Below, in pieces: positions 47,641 through 51,312 of a stretch of DNA of 51,312 nucleotides. The position numbers and the translations under genes are program-made. The DNA comes from an uncultured Terrabacter sp. (GTDB lineage: Bacteria; Actinomycetota; Actinomycetes; Actinomycetales; Dermatophilaceae), in NCBI GenBank assembly GCA_966081555.1, contig CBHRRQ010000001.1:1-51312 (forward strand), written 5' to 3'. The notes beneath the pieces are model-generated. The model had not been told where the DNA came from. It did no database searches and was given only the letters and a program-made list of their open reading frames with translations. Numbering within the stretch: the stretch's first letter is position 1; each line of letters opens with the position of its first letter.

Positions 47641-48639
47641 TCAGCGGTGCATGCCGTTGGCGGCCAGCATGGCCCGCCACGTCGCCGGCCACGTGATGCC
47701 GGTGGCGGGCAGGCGGTGGGCGGTCTGCCAGGCCTTGAGGCGCGTCGTCGTCGTCGACAGGAAGTTGCCGGTCGCTGAGACACCGATGACCTTCTGGAGG
47801 GTCTTGACAGCGGTCCCGGACATGCCGGGCCGCAGCACCATTCCCGAGCGCGGCACCATCTCCTTGAGCAGGGCGCTGGCCCCCGCAGGCGCGGTGACGA
47901 CGGGATAGCTGGGGCACCGGGTGGGGTTGGGCGCCGACCAGCCGATCGACCAGTTGAGGTCGGAGAGCCGGCACGGACCCCAGTCGACCGGCGCGACCTG
48001 GTTGCTCCAGAAGGAGGTGCGGGCGAGCGCACCCTCCCACGAGAGCGAGATGTGGATGTGGTTGCGGTGGCAGGTCGTGTCGTACGCGGTCGTCGGCGTC
48101 GTCGCGCACGTGCTGTAGGGGCGCCAGCCCTCGGAGGAGCGGTAGGAGCTCCACATCTTGTCGTTCCAGATGATGTACATGACGCCGAGGCGGCGGGCGT
48201 TGGCGTAGGGGTTGCCCGCCTTGTCGGTCGCGAGCAGCCATGCGATGAGCGCGTTGGCGTTCGCGCGCTGGGTCGTGTCGCGCACGTTGAAGAACGTGTC
48301 GACCGCGCGCCCGTCGTAGTGCTCCGACGGCTTCGTCGCAGACGTGCACGAGCGCACGAGGCCGTACGTGTTGGCGTACGTCGCCTTGATCAGCTGCGCG
48401 AGCTTCACCGTGCCGGTGCGGTTGCGCATGTCGCAGGCGACGCCCGGCACGTACGGCGAGAGCCGTTCGATGCCCGTCGGCAAGCCCGTGGGCGTGGCCG
48501 GGACCGGGGGTGCGCTGGCGCCGCCGGCGTTCGCGGCCGGCGCGACGGACCAGACCAGGGCGAGGGCGACGAGCGTCGCGAGCAGCAGGCCGAGCGTGCT
48601 GCGCGACGATCGGCGTCGGGACAGGGCTGTGTGGTTCAT
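47641..48639 (-). CDS. secreted M15/DD-peptidase-like Zn protein with a C-terminal peptidoglycan-binding domain
   Basis: Signal peptide, SEHYDGRAVD (HxxxxxxD), HRNHIHIS (HxH), LRPGMSGTAVKTLQ...WQTAHRLPATGI...TW. Confidence 0.8.
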   Translation of the reverse strand: MNHTALSRRRSSRSTLGLLLATLVALALVWSVAPAANAGGASAPPVPATPTGLPTGIERLSPYVPGVACDMRNRTGTVKLAQLIKATYANTYGLVRSCTSATKPSEHYDGRAVDTFFNVRDTTQRANANALIAWLLATDKAGNPYANARRLGVMYIIWNDKMWSSYRSSEGWRPYSTCATTPTTAYDTTCHRNHIHISLSWEGALARTSFWSNQVAPVDWGPCRLSDLNWSIGWSAPNPTRCPSYPVVTAPAGASALLKEMVPRSGMVLRPGMSGTAVKTLQKVIGVSATGNFLSTTTTRLKAWQTAHRLPATGITWPATWRAMLAANGMHR

Positions 48640-49123
48640 GACGGGGATCTCCGAAACAGGGTGTGCGAGACCCACCCGGGCGCGAGGCAGGGTGGCAGGG
48701 CGCGAGGGGTGTGGTGTTGTGATCCCGGCTGCGTGGAGAGGGCCGTCAGGGGGCCGCCGGCGCGGGTGGGGCAATTACAACCCATTTGTCCGGTTACTGC
48801 ACAGTCTTCGGTGAAACTGTGGGACCGACACGCCGTGACGTGGAAGAGCCGGGCCGGGGCGGCGGGCGCATCGACCGACCTGTCGCAAGATGTCCGTCAT
48901 CTCCTCGCACGCACTTCCCAGAAACACGAACTCCATTGCGCCCAAATGGAGAATTGCTGGGAGTTCCGGTCGAAAGCGATGTGTTCCGTGGCTCCCGTCG
49001 TAGCCTGTTGCTACGGCCGGCACGTGCCTCGGGGGGCGAGGTTGCGGTCGCGGGGGAGATCCGCTCGAAAACACTGGCGAGTCTCCCGGGCAAGGAGGGC
49101 CTTGTGCCTGGGGGTGAGAGACC

Positions 49124-49759
49124 ATGGTCGACGACGCCGTCGTACCGAATGACATCGTGGCGTGGCGAGGTCCGGAGACGGATCCCGTCAGGTCGCTCCT
49201 GCACGACCTGCGTGAACCGCTCGCGGCGATCCTGCTGCTGTCGGAGTCGTCGCAGGGCGACGTGCGCGAGCGGCTCAGCAGCATCCAGGAGCAGGCCTCC
49301 TGGCTGGCCGAGCTGGTCGCGGCGAGCCTCGACGGGGCCGCCGGCGACCATCCGGCCGACGTCGATGCCAGCGCCATCGCGAACGAGGTCGCGGCACGGG
49401 CCCGCATCTCCACGACGACGTCGATCGACGTCGAGGTCGTCGGCGACGGGCACGTCCTGGCACGTCCGGTCGCGCTGACGCGGGCGCTGGGCTGCCTCGT
49501 CGACAACGCCGTGAGAGCGGCCGGCCCGGCGGGCCACGTGCTCATCTGGGTCGGCAGCTGCGACGACGCCTTCCACATCCGCGTGCTCGACGACGGACCC
49601 GGTCTCGGACGAGTCGCTCCGCGGACGTCGATCGGGCTCGCGACCACCCGGGCGATGGTCGCCGCCTGCCGTGGCCGGTTCAGGCTGGCAGCGCGTCCCG
49701 ACGGTGGGGCCACCGCCGACATCGCGCTGCAGGCGCACACCGACGCCATCGCCCTGTGA
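49124..49759 (+). CDS. cytoplasmic histidine kinase core without a sensor domain
   Basis: LLHDLREPL H-box at about residue 27, LVDNAVRA, DDGPGL, SIGL; no TM segment. Confidence 0.8.
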   Translation: MVDDAVVPNDIVAWRGPETDPVRSLLHDLREPLAAILLLSESSQGDVRERLSSIQEQASWLAELVAASLDGAAGDHPADVDASAIANEVAARARISTTTSIDVEVVGDGHVLARPVALTRALGCLVDNAVRAAGPAGHVLIWVGSCDDAFHIRVLDDGPGLGRVAPRTSIGLATTRAMVAACRGRFRLAARPDGGATADIALQAHTDAIAL

Positions 49760-49772
49760 GGGTGTTGCCGCC

Positions 49773-50426
49773 ATGAAGCTGGTGCTGTGCGACGACCACG
49801 AGCTCATCCTCGACACGCTCGGGGCGGCCCTCTCGGGACTCGGCTACGACGTGGTGACCACGCACGGGCCCGCCGAGGCGCTCGACGTCGTGCGCGAGAC
49901 CCGACCCGACGCCTGCCTGCTCGACGTCAACTACCCGGACGGCTCCGGACTCGACGTGCTGCCCGAGATCCGGCAGGCGTCGCCGGGCACGAAGGTGCTC
50001 ATCTTCTCCGCGGACACCTCGAGCGCAGCCGTGCGCAGCGCGATCGCGCTCGGCGCGTCCGGCTACGTGCGCAAGGACCGGGGGCTGCTCCACCTCATCG
50101 AGTCGATCGACCTCGCGATCGGTGGGCACCTCGCGGTGGAGCCCGGCGCGCTGCAGGCAGCCCTGCGCACGGTCGACGCCGCGGACGATCCGCTCTGGAT
50201 GCTGACCTTCCTCACCGACCGCGAGTGGGAGGTGCTGCGCTGCATCGCGGACGGCCTCGGCACCGACGAGATCGCCACCTCGCTCAAGGTCCGTCGGAGC
50301 ACGGCCCGCACCCACGTCCAGAACCTGCTGACCAAGATCGGCGTGCACTCCCGGCTCCAGGCGGTGGCGCTCGTCGCCGCCCACGGGGCGGACATCAACT
50401 GGCCGCCGCACGTCAGGCGAGCCTGA
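49773..50426 (+). CDS. NarL/LuxR-family response regulator
   Basis: CDDH, LLDVNYP, GYVRK, LTDREWEVL...TARTHVQNLLTKIGVHSRLQA. Confidence 0.93.
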   Translation: MKLVLCDDHELILDTLGAALSGLGYDVVTTHGPAEALDVVRETRPDACLLDVNYPDGSGLDVLPEIRQASPGTKVLIFSADTSSAAVRSAIALGASGYVRKDRGLLHLIESIDLAIGGHLAVEPGALQAALRTVDAADDPLWMLTFLTDREWEVLRCIADGLGTDEIATSLKVRRSTARTHVQNLLTKIGVHSRLQAVALVAAHGADINWPPHVRRA

Positions 50427-50535
50427 CCCGAGGTGACGACGGGCCGCCGCGGCCGGGGGTAGGCCGTTTGACGTAGGCGACGGTCCCTCGCGCGGCGGGT
50501 CCGGCGGCGTGGAGTGCGGCGGCACCCTGAGTGCC

Positions 50536-51183
50536 ATGAAGCAGGATGCCAGCGTCGTTCTGGTCGACTCCCGGCAGGGCTTCCTCGACGCGTTCGCCCT
50601 GGTCCTCCTCGCGCAGCGGCAGCTCCGGCTCGTCGGCACCGCGACGACGGTGGACGGCGCCGTCGCTCGCGGTCTGCCCCTCGGTTGCGACGTGGTGGCC
50701 ATGGGCCTCGACGACGTGAACCGCATCCACGACGTGGCCCGCCTGCGGGCGGTCGCTCCTGACGTCGGGGTCGTGGTCCTCGCGGAGCCGGACGACGAGG
50801 GGCAGCTGTCCGAGGCACTCTCGAGGGGGGTGCGCGGCTGGGTGCTGCGCAGCTCCGGGGTCAGGGAGCTGCTCGAGGCCCTGGAGAAGGTGGCCGGCGG
50901 AGAGGCGCACCTGCCGGCAGAGCCGGTGCGGGCCCTCATGGCTGCCGCCCTGGCTCGTCATCCCGCCTCGGCCGAGCTGGCGCGAGGGGCGCTCACCCCA
51001 CGCGAGGCCGCCGTCCTCGACTGCCTCGCCGCCGGCATGACCAGGCGAGACGTCGGGGTGGCGCTCGGGCTCTCGGACAACACCGTTCGCACGTACGTGC
51101 GTCGCATCCTGCGCAAGCTGCACGTCCACTCCGCCTCCGCCGCGGTGGCGCTGACCAGCAACGAGGTGCAGGTCCATGGTTGA
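50536..51183 (+). CDS. LuxR-family regulator with a degenerate (pseudo-)receiver domain
   Basis: LTPREAAVL...TVRTYVRRILRKLHVHS HTH; receiver lacks the canonical DD, phospho-Asp and Lys. Confidence 0.85.
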   Translation: MKQDASVVLVDSRQGFLDAFALVLLAQRQLRLVGTATTVDGAVARGLPLGCDVVAMGLDDVNRIHDVARLRAVAPDVGVVVLAEPDDEGQLSEALSRGVRGWVLRSSGVRELLEALEKVAGGEAHLPAEPVRALMAAALARHPASAELARGALTPREAAVLDCLAAGMTRRDVGVALGLSDNTVRTYVRRILRKLHVHSASAAVALTSNEVQVHG

Positions 51184-51312
51184 GATCGCCCGTCGACCCG
51201 CGCTGCACGCCCGACCCGGCACCCGGCACGCCGACCCGGCCCCGCTCCACCCCGCCGACCCGACCCACCCCGCCGCCCCGGCGCCGCACGTGGTGCCGTT
51301 CACGCGGACCCG
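51176..51312 (+). CDS. 5' start of a CDS leaving the window (partial, product unknown)
   Basis: ATG at 51176 overlapping the previous stop, GAGG upstream, frame open to the window end. Confidence 0.4.
   Translation, partial: MVEIARRPALHARPGTRHADPAPLHPADPTHPAAPAPHVVPFTRT

Overview
51.3 kb of a very GC-rich (about 70-75% by eye) actinobacterial chromosome. The gene set suggests Micrococcales, possibly Intrasporangiaceae-like (inference). No rRNA, tRNA, CRISPR array, transposase or integrase is visible. Left to right: (1) a SigB/SigF-type sigma factor with a general-stress cluster (two SDRs, Zn-dependent dehydrogenase, Rho-N-like small protein, VOC, flavodoxin-like, catalase-like), several genes having GGGTA promoters; (2) a ferric-reductase/FMN-binding/PAP2 module divergent from an OmpR-type two-component system; (3) a DUF3800-like gene and a polar amino-acid ABC importer; (4) a copper module (His-rich membrane protein ending in RGPP, YcnI, CopC/CopD); (5) YihY, a Vps62/NPP1-like membrane protein, an MBL hydrolase and an ABC exporter; (6) a BTAD/SARP activator followed by a ~1980-aa secreted animal-type heme peroxidase with RTX-like and five FN3 repeats; (7) a core block (Ser/Thr kinase, ppgK, map, panB, M6 protease, glnA, glnE, MFS); (8) a Zn-peptidase/PG-binding gene divergent from a sensorless His kinase and two LuxR-type regulators. 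The best leads are a candidate copper-sensing RGPP arrest peptide upstream of ycnI-copCD, a roughly 10x over-represented, non-polar octamer GTATGCCG, the SARP-peroxidase cassette, and shared AT-rich/G-loop regulatory leaders. All calls are from motif reading; no database searches were run.
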